64,000 bases of DNA, taken from an uncultured Gammaproteobacteria bacterium (GTDB taxonomy: Bacteria; Patescibacteriota; Patescibacteriia; Patescibacteriales; UBA12465). Shown piece by piece: positions 17,897-28,762 of the stretch (within the stretch, counting starts at the first letter, position 1; every line of letters starts with the position of its first letter). Under the pieces are notes generated by a model, which had not been told where the DNA came from, made no database searches, and was given only the letters and a program-made list of their open reading frames with translations. The position numbers were made by a program, and so were the translations under genes. The stretch is taken from the NCBI GenBank assembly GCA_964639785.1, contig CAZXEE010000002.1:15273-79272 (forward strand), read 5' to 3'.

Positions 17897-17926
17897 TTGA
17901 CTTTTCTGAGGTTGTGGACCTATAAT
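17897..17926 (+). promoter_or_regulatory. sigma70-like promoter of the atp operon
   Basis: TTGACT (17897-17902), 18-nt spacer, TATAAT (17921-17926). Confidence 0.65.
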
Positions 17927-17996
17927 AAAATGTTATTAAAAATGTGATTTGATTATTCAATCAAGGGCAGCCGCTCTTGTTTTGTTTGTTTCTAGT

Positions 17997-18239
17997 ATGG
18001 ACGAAAAGAAAACAGACAAGAACTATTGGGTCGAGCCCCTGAAGATGTTCAGTCGGCTTTCAGCCTGGATCGTTTTTCCAGTCCTTTTGGGAGCTTTGAT
18101 AGGGAAGTGGCTGGACCGGAAGTATGACAGTTCGCCCCGCTGGTTCTTGATTGTTATCGGATTATCATTTGTCATCTCAATGTTCGGTTTGATAAAAAAT
18201 ACCTTAGAAGAATATAAAAAAATAGAAAAGCGTAAATAA
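17997..18239 (+). CDS. AtpZ/AtpI-family small membrane protein
   Basis: First gene of the atp cluster with two TM helices, 'GALIGKWLDRKYDSSPRWFLIVIGLSF'. Start taken at the ATG at 17997. Confidence 0.6.
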   Translation: MDEKKTDKNYWVEPLKMFSRLSAWIVFPVLLGALIGKWLDRKYDSSPRWFLIVIGLSFVISMFGLIKNTLEEYKKIEKRK

Positions 18240-18240
18240 T

Positions 18241-19092
18241 ATGTCTAATAATACCGCAGAAACAAATACCCAGAATGGTGGAAAAGAGCAGATTTTGCAT
18301 GAAAACACTTTGTATGCCGAACCGGTTTTTCATGTCGGCAGCTTGCCGATTACCAATTCCATGATCAACTCTTGGTTAGTGGTGTTTATTGTTATTATTT
18401 TAGCTTTCTCCTTGAAAGGAAAGATCAAACAGATTCCTCGCGGCTTGCAGAATGGCTTGGAAATGGTGTTTGAAGCTTTTTTCGGCATCTTTGATTCTAT
18501 TACTGGTAGCCGCAAGAAGACTTTGCATTTTGCTCCTTTCGTTTTCGCTTTCTTCTTTTTTATATTGTTGAATAACTGGATGGGACTTCTGCCGGGTGTC
18601 GGATCCATCGGCCAGATTGTTGAAGAAGGCGGCCACAAGTTATTTATCCCTTATCTGCGCGGTGCTACCGCTGATTTGAATACAACCCTGGCTTTGGCTA
18701 CTTTAGCTGTCGTGGCTAGCCATATTGCCGGAGTGGTAGCCTTGGGTTGGTGGAAGTATCTGAACAAGTTTGTTAATTTGAAAGCATTTTTGGAAATACC
18801 AAAGAAAGTTATTAAAGAACCGACCATCTTGTTAATCAATCCGATCAAATTCTTCGTCGGTTTGGTGGAAATTATCAGTGAATTAGCCAAGATTGCCAGC
18901 TTGTCCTTCCGTTTATTCGGCAATATCTTTGCCGGTGAAGTTCTATTGGCTTCCATGTCAGCCATCTTAGCTTTCGGTTTGCCATTACCATTCATGTTCT
19001 TGGAAATAATCGTCGGTCTGATCCAGGCTCTGATTTTCTCTATCCTGGTATTGATTTATATGTCTACCGCTACAGCCGCCGAAGAACATTAA
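18241..19092 (+). CDS. atpB: F0F1 ATP synthase subunit a
   Basis: Polytopic protein with the conserved Arg motif 'SLSFRLFGNIFAGE'. Confidence 0.9.
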   Translation: MSNNTAETNTQNGGKEQILHENTLYAEPVFHVGSLPITNSMINSWLVVFIVIILAFSLKGKIKQIPRGLQNGLEMVFEAFFGIFDSITGSRKKTLHFAPFVFAFFFFILLNNWMGLLPGVGSIGQIVEEGGHKLFIPYLRGATADLNTTLALATLAVVASHIAGVVALGWWKYLNKFVNLKAFLEIPKKVIKEPTILLINPIKFFVGLVEIISELAKIASLSFRLFGNIFAGEVLLASMSAILAFGLPLPFMFLEIIVGLIQALIFSILVLIYMSTATAAEEH

Positions 19093-19125
19093 TTTAAAGG
19101 TCAATTTATATAAATAAAATAATAA

Positions 19126-19353
<228 letters not shown>

Positions 19354-19365
19354 TAATTTGACGAA

Positions 19366-19386
19366 CTGCCCCTATTTTTGGGGCAG
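19366..19386 (+). other. stem-loop immediately after atpE (no U-tract)
   Basis: CTGCCCC-tattttt-GGGGCAG. Confidence 0.4.
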
Positions 19387-19420
19387 TGGTGAAATTATTA
19401 TATAATTAATCATTTTTTAT

Positions 19421-19912
19421 ATGGAATCCTTAATCTCTATCTTCCACATCGATCTCAAATTATTCCTGGCTCAGTTGATCAACTTCGCTATCATCTTTTT
19501 CGTGCTCTACAAGTTCGCTTTCAAGCCGATCGCTAAGATCATGCAAGAGAGAACCGATACCATTGAAAAGAGCTTGAGCGATGCTAAGGAAGTTGAACAG
19601 AAATTGGCTGAAACTAATGTCGAACAGACTAGGATCTTGAACGAAGCGAAGAAGGAAGCTTTAGCTATCGTGGAGAATGCTAATCAGTCAGCTGAAGCTA
19701 ACAAGCAGAAATTGATTGAGAAGACCAAGGAAGAGGTGGCCATTATCATTAATGGCGAGAAGGCTAAGATTGTCCAAGAGAAGGAAGAGTCTTTGAAAGA
19801 ATTGAAACAGGAAATTGCCGGCTTAGTAATCTTGGCGGTTGAGAAGGTTATCAAAGAGAAGATGGATGGCAATAAGGATAAGGAGATGATCGAAGATATA
19901 ATCAAAAAATAG
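19421..19912 (+). CDS. atpF: F0F1 ATP synthase subunit b
   Basis: Single N-terminal TM helix followed by a long charged helix. Position in the operon fits. Confidence 0.85.
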   Translation: MESLISIFHIDLKLFLAQLINFAIIFFVLYKFAFKPIAKIMQERTDTIEKSLSDAKEVEQKLAETNVEQTRILNEAKKEALAIVENANQSAEANKQKLIEKTKEEVAIIINGEKAKIVQEKEESLKELKQEIAGLVILAVEKVIKEKMDGNKDKEMIEDIIKK

Positions 19913-19914
19913 TT

Positions 19915-20316
19915 ATGAAAATTTCTGCCCGACAATATGCTGAGAGTTTGATGGATTCAGTTTCCGCCAAGAGCGATTCTGAAACGTCTGAGGTTTTGGA
20001 CAATTTTGCTAAGATGATGATGGAGAACCGTGATCTGAATCGTTTAGATGAAGTTTTAGCGGCTTTTTCTAAGATTTGGGACCAGGCTCAGGGGGAGCTG
20101 ACAGTTGAATTTATCAGTGCTAGAACTGTCTCAACTGATGTTAAATCCAGTTTGGAAAAATATTTGCAGGCTAAGACCGGAGCTAACAAGGTGGTTTTGG
20201 TTGAGAAGATTAATCCGGAAATCTTAGGCGGCTTCATCTTGCGTTATGAAGATCAGATAATCGATGCGAGCTTGAAGAGTTCATTGGGAAGTTTGAAGAA
20301 TGAAATGAATAAATAA
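19915..20316 (+). CDS. atpH: F0F1 ATP synthase subunit delta (short, 133 aa)
   Basis: Lies between atpF and atpA. C-terminal OSCP-like motif 'ILGGFILRYEDQIIDASLKSSL'. Confidence 0.75.
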   Translation: MKISARQYAESLMDSVSAKSDSETSEVLDNFAKMMMENRDLNRLDEVLAAFSKIWDQAQGELTVEFISARTVSTDVKSSLEKYLQAKTGANKVVLVEKINPEILGGFILRYEDQIIDASLKSSLGSLKNEMNK

Positions 20317-20349
20317 TAATTTTACATAAAAATAAAATATAAAAAATAT

Positions 20350-21873
20350 ATGTCAACTACGAAAGATTTTATCATTGAACAGCTCAAGAGCCGGATCGCC
20401 GGTTATCAAGCTGAAGCCAAGGAACAGACCGTCGGACGCGTCTTGAAGGTTTCTGATGGTATCGCTTTGGTTTCCGGATTGTCCGATGCTATGATGTCTG
20501 AAATTTTGATTTTTAAATCCGGTGGAAAAGAAATCGTCGGTGTGGCTTTGAACTTGGAAGAAAACTTGGTTGGTGCCATCATTTTAGGCGAATTTACCGC
20601 TATTAAAGAGGGTGATGAGGTAGTTTGCACTAAGAGGATCTTGGAAGTACCGGTCGGTCCTAATATGGTCGGCCGCGTAGTTGATCCGCTCGGTGCTCCG
20701 CTTGATGGTAAGGGAAAAATTGAAGCAGCTAAGTTTTATCCAGTGGAAAAGATCGCTCCTGGTGTTATTTCTCGCGCTCCGGTCAAGCAACCGGTCCAGA
20801 CTGGTATTAAAGCTATTGATGCTATGATTCCAATCGGTCGCGGTCAGAGAGAATTGATCATCGGTGACCGTCAGATTGGTAAGACGGCCATCGCTATCGA
20901 TACCATCATCAACCAGAAGGGCCAGAACATGAAATGTATCTATGTCGCTATCGGTCAGAAGGAATCTAAGATTGCTAATATCGTAGCTAAATTGGAAGAA
21001 GCCGGCGCTATGGCTTATACCACTATCGTTTTAGCCGGTGCTTCTAATCCAGCTTCATTGTTATATATCGCTCCATATGCCGGTTGTGCTATGGCTGAAT
21101 ATTTCTTGGATAAAGGTGAAGATGTCTTGATCATTTATGATGATTTATCCAAACACGCTGTCGCTTATCGTGAAATTTCACTGTTATTACGACGTCCACC
21201 GGGACGTGAAGCTTATCCTGGCGATGTGTTCTATCTCCATTCCAGATTATTGGAAAGAGCTTGTAAGTTGAATCCTGATTTCGGTGGCGGTTCCATTACT
21301 GCTTTGCCAATCATTGAAACCCAGGCTGGAGACGTTTCCGCTTACATTCCAACTAACGTCATTTCCATTACCGATGGTCAGATTTATTTGGAACCTGATT
21401 TGTTCTACCAAGGCCAACGTCCGTCAGTGAATGCCGGTTTATCAGTTTCCCGTGTGGGTTCTTCCGCTCAGATCAAGGCTATGAAAAAAGTAGCCGGAAA
21501 GATGCGTTTGGAAGCAGCTCAATACCGCGAATTAGCAGCTTTTGCCCAATTCGGTTCCGACTTGGATGCTGATACCAAGAACAAATTGGAGAGAGGTAAG
21601 AGATTGTATGAAATCTTCAAGCAGGACCAATATTTGCCAGTCCCAGTGGCTAAGCAGGTGTTGATCTATTATTCTTTGATTAATGGTTATGCTGATAATG
21701 TTCCGGTAGAGAAGATGCGGGAATTTGAAGATGGTTTGATGAAATATGCTGATTTGAATAACAAGTCTCTGACTATGATCGATGAACAGAAAGAATTGAC
21801 CGAAGAAGTTGAAGCCGAGGTCAAGAAAGTTATCGAAGACTATAAAGCTACTTTGGATTATTTGATTAAATAA
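20350..21873 (+). CDS. atpA: F0F1 ATP synthase subunit alpha
   Basis: Walker A 'GDRQIGKT', plus '[11 protein letters not shown]' and '[21 protein letters not shown]'. Confidence 0.97.
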   Translation: MSTTKDFIIEQLKSRIAGYQAEAKEQTVGRVLKVSDGIALVSGLSDAMMSEILIFKSGGKEIVGVALNLEENLVGAIILGEFTAIKEGDEVVCTKRILEVPVGPNMVGRVVDPLGAPLDGKGKIEAAKFYPVEKIAPGVISRAPVKQPVQTGIKAIDAMIPIGRGQRELIIGDRQIGKTAIAIDTIINQKGQNMKCIYVAIGQKESKIANIVAKLEEAGAMAYTTIVLAGASNPASLLYIAPYAGCAMAEYFLDKGEDVLIIYDDLSKHAVAYREISLLLRRPPGREAYPGDVFYLHSRLLERACKLNPDFGGGSITALPIIETQAGDVSAYIPTNVISITDGQIYLEPDLFYQGQRPSVNAGLSVSRVGSSAQIKAMKKVAGKMRLEAAQYRELAAFAQFGSDLDADTKNKLERGKRLYEIFKQDQYLPVPVAKQVLIYYSLINGYADNVPVEKMREFEDGLMKYADLNNKSLTMIDEQKELTEEVEAEVKKVIEDYKATLDYLIK

Positions 21874-21876
21874 TAT

Positions 21877-22824
21877 ATGGCTAAGACCAAAGAGATATCC
21901 CGCCGTATCAAATCCATTTCCAGCACCAAGAAGATTACCAAGGCAATGGAGATGGTAGCGGCGGCTAAAATGAGAAAGGCAGTCGATGCTGTGCTCAAGA
22001 CTCGCACTTATGCTAACTTAAGCTGGGAGACGGTTTTGCATTTGGCTAAGATTGCTGAAAGCCGCAATGAGATCAGCCATGCGCTTCTGGCTAAAAGATC
22101 TGAAGTGAAGAAAGTAGCTTTGATCCTGATTTCTTCTAATCGCGGTCTTTGCGGCGGCTTTAACGCTTCGATTATCAATAAGGCCAAAGAGTCCTTACAG
22201 AAATATAGCGTTGACACGGATATTATCTTATTTGGAAAGAAGGGTTCAGTTATCGCTCAGCATAAATATAATATTGCAGCAGAATTTGCTAAGCCTGATC
22301 TAGTCTTGTCAGCCGCTGAAACCAATCCTATTGCCAGGATGGTCATTGCTGATTATTTATCTGGCAAATATGACAAGGTGATGGTCGCCTACACTGATTT
22401 TGTCAGTGGCGTTCATCAGATACCTCGGGTCAAGCAGCTTTTGCCGGTGGATATCAGCGCTGAAGATCAGTATCTGGGAGTTGTCGGAAAAGATGAAGTT
22501 GTCGGCACTAGCCGGGAATATATTGAAGAGAAGGGAAAGAAACATTTACAGTCAGGAGAATTCATATATGAATATGCGTTTGAACCGAGTTCGAAAGAGG
22601 TTCTGGATAGGATTGTTCCACGCTTGATCGAGGTCCAATTATACCAGGCTTTACTTGAATCCAATGCTTCTGAGTATAGTGCCCAGATGGCCGCTATGCA
22701 TCAGGCGACTGAATCCGCTTCTGATATGGTAAGCGAGTTAACCTTATTCTATAACAAGGCTCGTCAGTCTGGCATTACCGCTGAGATCGCAGAAATCAGT
22801 GCCGGTGCTAACGCTTTGGCGTAA
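21877..22824 (+). CDS. atpG: F0F1 ATP synthase subunit gamma
   Basis: 'IKSISSTKKITKAMEMVAAAKMRKA' N-terminal helix and 'ITAEIAEISAGANAL' C-terminal helix. Confidence 0.92.
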   Translation: MAKTKEISRRIKSISSTKKITKAMEMVAAAKMRKAVDAVLKTRTYANLSWETVLHLAKIAESRNEISHALLAKRSEVKKVALILISSNRGLCGGFNASIINKAKESLQKYSVDTDIILFGKKGSVIAQHKYNIAAEFAKPDLVLSAAETNPIARMVIADYLSGKYDKVMVAYTDFVSGVHQIPRVKQLLPVDISAEDQYLGVVGKDEVVGTSREYIEEKGKKHLQSGEFIYEYAFEPSSKEVLDRIVPRLIEVQLYQALLESNASEYSAQMAAMHQATESASDMVSELTLFYNKARQSGITAEIAEISAGANALA

Positions 22825-22828
22825 AATA

Positions 22829-22853
22829 AAAACCGCCTTTTGTAAGACGGTTT
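22829..22853 (-). terminator. terminator oriented for the minus-strand small gene
   Basis: Imperfect stem ACCGCCTT/AAGACGGT. The strong T-run (TTTTTATTTT) is on the minus strand only. The plus strand has just TTT. Confidence 0.5.
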
Positions 22854-22875
22854 GGATAATGTTTATTAAAATCTT

Positions 22876-23100
22876 TTATTGCAGTTTCTTGATTCTTCGT
22901 TTCAATTCCAGGGCGTATCCCAGAAAGAATGCTCCGGCACCACCAAATATGAATCCGATAATGACGTAGATTCCACGGTCCCTTTCTGGGCTGGTGAAAT
23001 ATATCAAGATGTTTCCGACTGCAAAAAAGCAGAATAAAATGCCAAAAATCCTTAATCCTTTGATAAAGTCTTTGGTCTTAGATATCGTTTTTCTTTCCAT
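22876..23100 (-). CDS. small two-TM hypothetical protein inserted antisense between atpG and atpD
   Basis: 74-aa ORF with two hydrophobic helices ('LRIFGILFCFFAVGNILIYF', 'IYVIIGFIFGGAGAFFLGYAL') and its own terminator. Confidence 0.55.
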   Translation of the reverse strand: MERKTISKTKDFIKGLRIFGILFCFFAVGNILIYFTSPERDRGIYVIIGFIFGGAGAFFLGYALELKRRIKKLQ

Positions 23101-23159
23101 TTTCTAGGATTTTAAATAACTAAATATAACTTAACATAAATAATATAAATTGTCAATAA

Positions 23160-24557
<1,398 letters not shown>

Positions 24558-24578
24558 CTTTTATCTTTCTAATATCAT

Positions 24579-25019
24579 ATGTCAACCGACAAAAAAACAA
24601 TTAAATTCGAATTGGTGACTCCGGAACGTGTCGTTCTGAAGGAGGAAGTCTTGCAGGCAACCATTCCAACCCAGTCGGGTGAAATCACTATCTTGCCAGA
24701 CCACATTCCTTTGGTTTCTATTTTGGCTCCGGGAGTGATTGAATTGAAAAAGGGGACCGGCGAAAACGAAGTGATGTCAGTTTCTGGCGGCTTCGTAGAA
24801 ATCCTCAAGAACAAGATCGTTATTTTGGCGGATACGGCTGAATTAGCAGTTGAGCTTGATGAGCAGAGAATTGAAGAGGCCCGAAAGAAAGCAGAAGAGA
24901 TGAAAAAATGGAAAGATATCGATGCTGTTCAGTTTGCTGAGATCAGTTCTTTGATTGAAAAGCAATTGGCTCGATCAAAAGCAGTCAGGCGGTGGCGGAA
25001 CCTGAAGAATATTAAATAG
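24579..25019 (+). CDS. atpC: F0F1 ATP synthase subunit epsilon
   Basis: 'LVTPERVVLKEEV...TIPTQSGEITILPDHIPLVS' beta-sandwich followed by a C-terminal helical hairpin. Confidence 0.88.
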   Translation: MSTDKKTIKFELVTPERVVLKEEVLQATIPTQSGEITILPDHIPLVSILAPGVIELKKGTGENEVMSVSGGFVEILKNKIVILADTAELAVELDEQRIEEARKKAEEMKKWKDIDAVQFAEISSLIEKQLARSKAVRRWRNLKNIK

Positions 25020-25061
25020 CGTACTTTTTGTTAATATATTGTCTAATTAAAACCATTATTT

Positions 25062-25895
25062 ATGGAAAACATGGAAAACATTCCAGGAAAAATTGAAATC
25101 CCAGCAGTCAATCTGTTGGAAAAAATGCAGCAAGGCGAGAGCTTTGCCGAGATTATGAAAAATTTGCCGGAAGCAGCCTTTGCTCACAAAGCTAAGTGTA
25201 CCTGCTGTTCCGATGGCCGTTTTGTTCCGGAAAATAATGGTTCAGAGAAAGCCGGTATGGCCGGTCAGGGAATCTTGATGTTATTTTCCTTGTCTGATTT
25301 GGATTCTTTCATCAAGGAGATGAAAGCTAATCCGGATAAGCCGGAAAGCATTGCTAGCCATGTCGCTTGCGGTGCCGCTGGCTTGGCTCACAAGGAATTG
25401 AAAGCGATGTTGGCTGATGGCCGGTCGGTCGAAGCTATCTTAGCTTGGTTAGGAATCAATGAATTGCCGGAAACCTCCGACCAGTTGGGAGAGATTTTCA
25501 CTAAACGCTTAGCTGAAGAAGTCGGCAGTGATTATTATCACATGGATTTCCAGGGAGCTCGTGACCATAATGAGTCCGGTATCATCGTCAGTTCGATTGA
25601 TTTCGATGAAAGATTCATTAAGACCGGTGACCAGCAATTTTTCAATTCATCCAGTGCTCAGTTCGGTGCTAATGATGCTTATTTGAAGTCAGAGTTGACT
25701 GAGTTAACCCGGATCGCTTTTCATCATGGCAAGATGGGTTCAGAATCAGCTGCTTACAACCCGGAAGATTCTTTCTATCTGCTGGTTATAAGTGACTCAA
25801 AGCAAGCTGAACGTTTACAAAAGATTGCTGCTGAAGTCTCGGCTAATCCGGAATTTGCCGGTAAAGTCAAGGTGGAAGTCTTTGTAAAAGAGTAA
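25062..25895 (+). CDS. hypothetical protein with beta-carbonic-anhydrase-like Cys/Asp/His/Cys motifs
   Basis: 'CSDGRFVP' (C49, D51) and 'SHVACG' (H100, C103). The spacing is similar to the beta-CA zinc site. The rest of the protein is unrecognised. Confidence 0.35.
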   Translation: MENMENIPGKIEIPAVNLLEKMQQGESFAEIMKNLPEAAFAHKAKCTCCSDGRFVPENNGSEKAGMAGQGILMLFSLSDLDSFIKEMKANPDKPESIASHVACGAAGLAHKELKAMLADGRSVEAILAWLGINELPETSDQLGEIFTKRLAEEVGSDYYHMDFQGARDHNESGIIVSSIDFDERFIKTGDQQFFNSSSAQFGANDAYLKSELTELTRIAFHHGKMGSESAAYNPEDSFYLLVISDSKQAERLQKIAAEVSANPEFAGKVKVEVFVKE

Positions 25896-25917
25896 TGGCC
25901 TGATTTAGTAATTATTG

Positions 25918-25945
25918 TAAAAACCCGCTTTAAAAGCGGGTTTTA
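25918..25945 (+). terminator. rho-independent terminator
   Basis: Stem AAACCCGCTT/AAGCGGGTTT followed by a T-run. Confidence 0.75.
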
Positions 25946-25952
25946 TGTTATC

Positions 25953-25980
25953 TTGACGAGAGTTTAGGATATGCTAAAAT
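25953..25980 (+). promoter_or_regulatory. sigma70-like promoter of groES-groEL
   Basis: TTGACG (25953-25958), 16-nt spacer, TAAAAT (25975-25980). Confidence 0.6.
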
Positions 25981-25983
25981 ATT

Positions 25984-26010
25984 TTAGCAATCACTCGATT
26001 AGAGTGCTAA
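25984..26010 (+). promoter_or_regulatory. CIRCE operator (one mismatch)
   Basis: TTAGCAATC-N9-GAGTGCTAA immediately downstream of the -10 box. Confidence 0.85.
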
Positions 26011-26036
26011 AACAAATTATAATTAAATACAATCAT

Positions 26037-26330
26037 ATGAAGCTGAAACCATTAAGCGACAATGTGTTGATCAAGCCTCAAGCCCGGGAAGAGGCGACTA
26101 AGAGCGGTATCGTTCTGCCTAGCTCAGTTAAGAATGAAGGCCCGGAAAGAGGGCAAGTAGTGGCTATCGGTGAAGGGAAATTATTGGAAGACGGATCCTT
26201 TGCCAAGATGCCGGTGGCAGTCGGTGATCAAGTTGTCTACAAGAAAGGCTATAACGCCGAAGAGATAGAATTGGATGAGGGCAAATGCGTTTTAGTCAGC
26301 ATCCATGATATTTTGGGAATCATTAATTAA
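26037..26330 (+). CDS. groES: co-chaperonin GroES
   Basis: 'MKLKPLSDNVLIKP...KSGIVLP...GQVVAIGEG'. I moved the start to the ATG at 26037, because the ORF-track start lies upstream of the CIRCE site. Confidence 0.92.
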   Translation: MKLKPLSDNVLIKPQAREEATKSGIVLPSSVKNEGPERGQVVAIGEGKLLEDGSFAKMPVAVGDQVVYKKGYNAEEIELDEGKCVLVSIHDILGIIN

Positions 26331-26334
26331 TTAG

Positions 26335-28005
<1,671 letters not shown>

Positions 28006-28035
28006 TTTATTCTTATCCGTCATTATCTTTATTTA

Positions 28036-28063
28036 ACAGGGGTCTATTCGGCCCCTGTTTTTG
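28036..28063 (+). terminator. rho-independent terminator after groEL
   Basis: Stem ACAGGGG/CCCCTGT followed by TTTTT. Confidence 0.75.
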
Positions 28064-28092
28064 TTGCCATATTTTTTGTTTTATAGTAAAAT
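28064..28092 (+). promoter_or_regulatory. sigma70-like promoter of the secretion-like operon
   Basis: TTGCCA (28064-28069), 17-nt spacer, TAAAAT (28087-28092). Confidence 0.5.
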
Positions 28093-28127
28093 AGAGAATA
28101 GATAAGAGATAAAATTAGAAATAAAAT

Positions 28128-28742
28128 ATGGCCGTTAATCAGAAATCATTAAATCGAAACGGCGGTCGGGGTGATGACGCATTAGCTAGTCGCTTAATGC
28201 AGGATAAGAATAAGGCTCGGGCTGCTAACGAATCAGATTCCGCCGAAGAACCTCAAACCGATTTCAGTCAATATAGTCCTTTATCCCAAATGGGTTTAGT
28301 TAATAGGAGACAGGCGGCTACAGGCCAGAAAGATCCAGCGGCAGCTTCTAGCGTTATGGCTAAGCTGAATAAAGTCTTAGCCGGATTTTTGAAGACTTGT
28401 TGGCAAAATATTATCTTTTATAGCTTTACCACCTCTATCATCTGGATTGATATTCATGTTTTGGGAACTTTTATTTGGCCGAAGATGTTTTGTAAGTTGG
28501 GGCATGAGTGGATTCCGCCAGAGATGCAGAAAGCCGCTCCTAAGCAAGCCGAGGCCTTTGGTGATCAGATTGGTTCTTGTGAAAAGGGTTGCTGCTGTTG
28601 TGTCAACGGTTTTTGCGGCATGATAGTCATCTCTGTCTTAGTCGTGGCAGCTACCGTTTTAGGTTTTTATAATAGTACTATCGGAAAAGTCTTTGGTTGG
28701 CTATCAGATGCTTGGGAAACTGTTTCAGGACTTTTTGGTTGA
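28128..28742 (+). CDS. two-TM protein with disordered N-terminus and juxtamembrane Cys cluster
   Basis: First gene of the operon. About 85 aa are polar and low-complexity. These are followed by two hydrophobic helices separated by a loop ending in 'GSCEKGCCCCVNGFCG'. The protein has 8 Cys in total. Confidence 0.6.
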   Translation: MAVNQKSLNRNGGRGDDALASRLMQDKNKARAANESDSAEEPQTDFSQYSPLSQMGLVNRRQAATGQKDPAAASSVMAKLNKVLAGFLKTCWQNIIFYSFTTSIIWIDIHVLGTFIWPKMFCKLGHEWIPPEMQKAAPKQAEAFGDQIGSCEKGCCCCVNGFCGMIVISVLVVAATVLGFYNSTIGKVFGWLSDAWETVSGLFG

Positions 28743-28762
28743 TTAATATTTTTTTAAAATAA

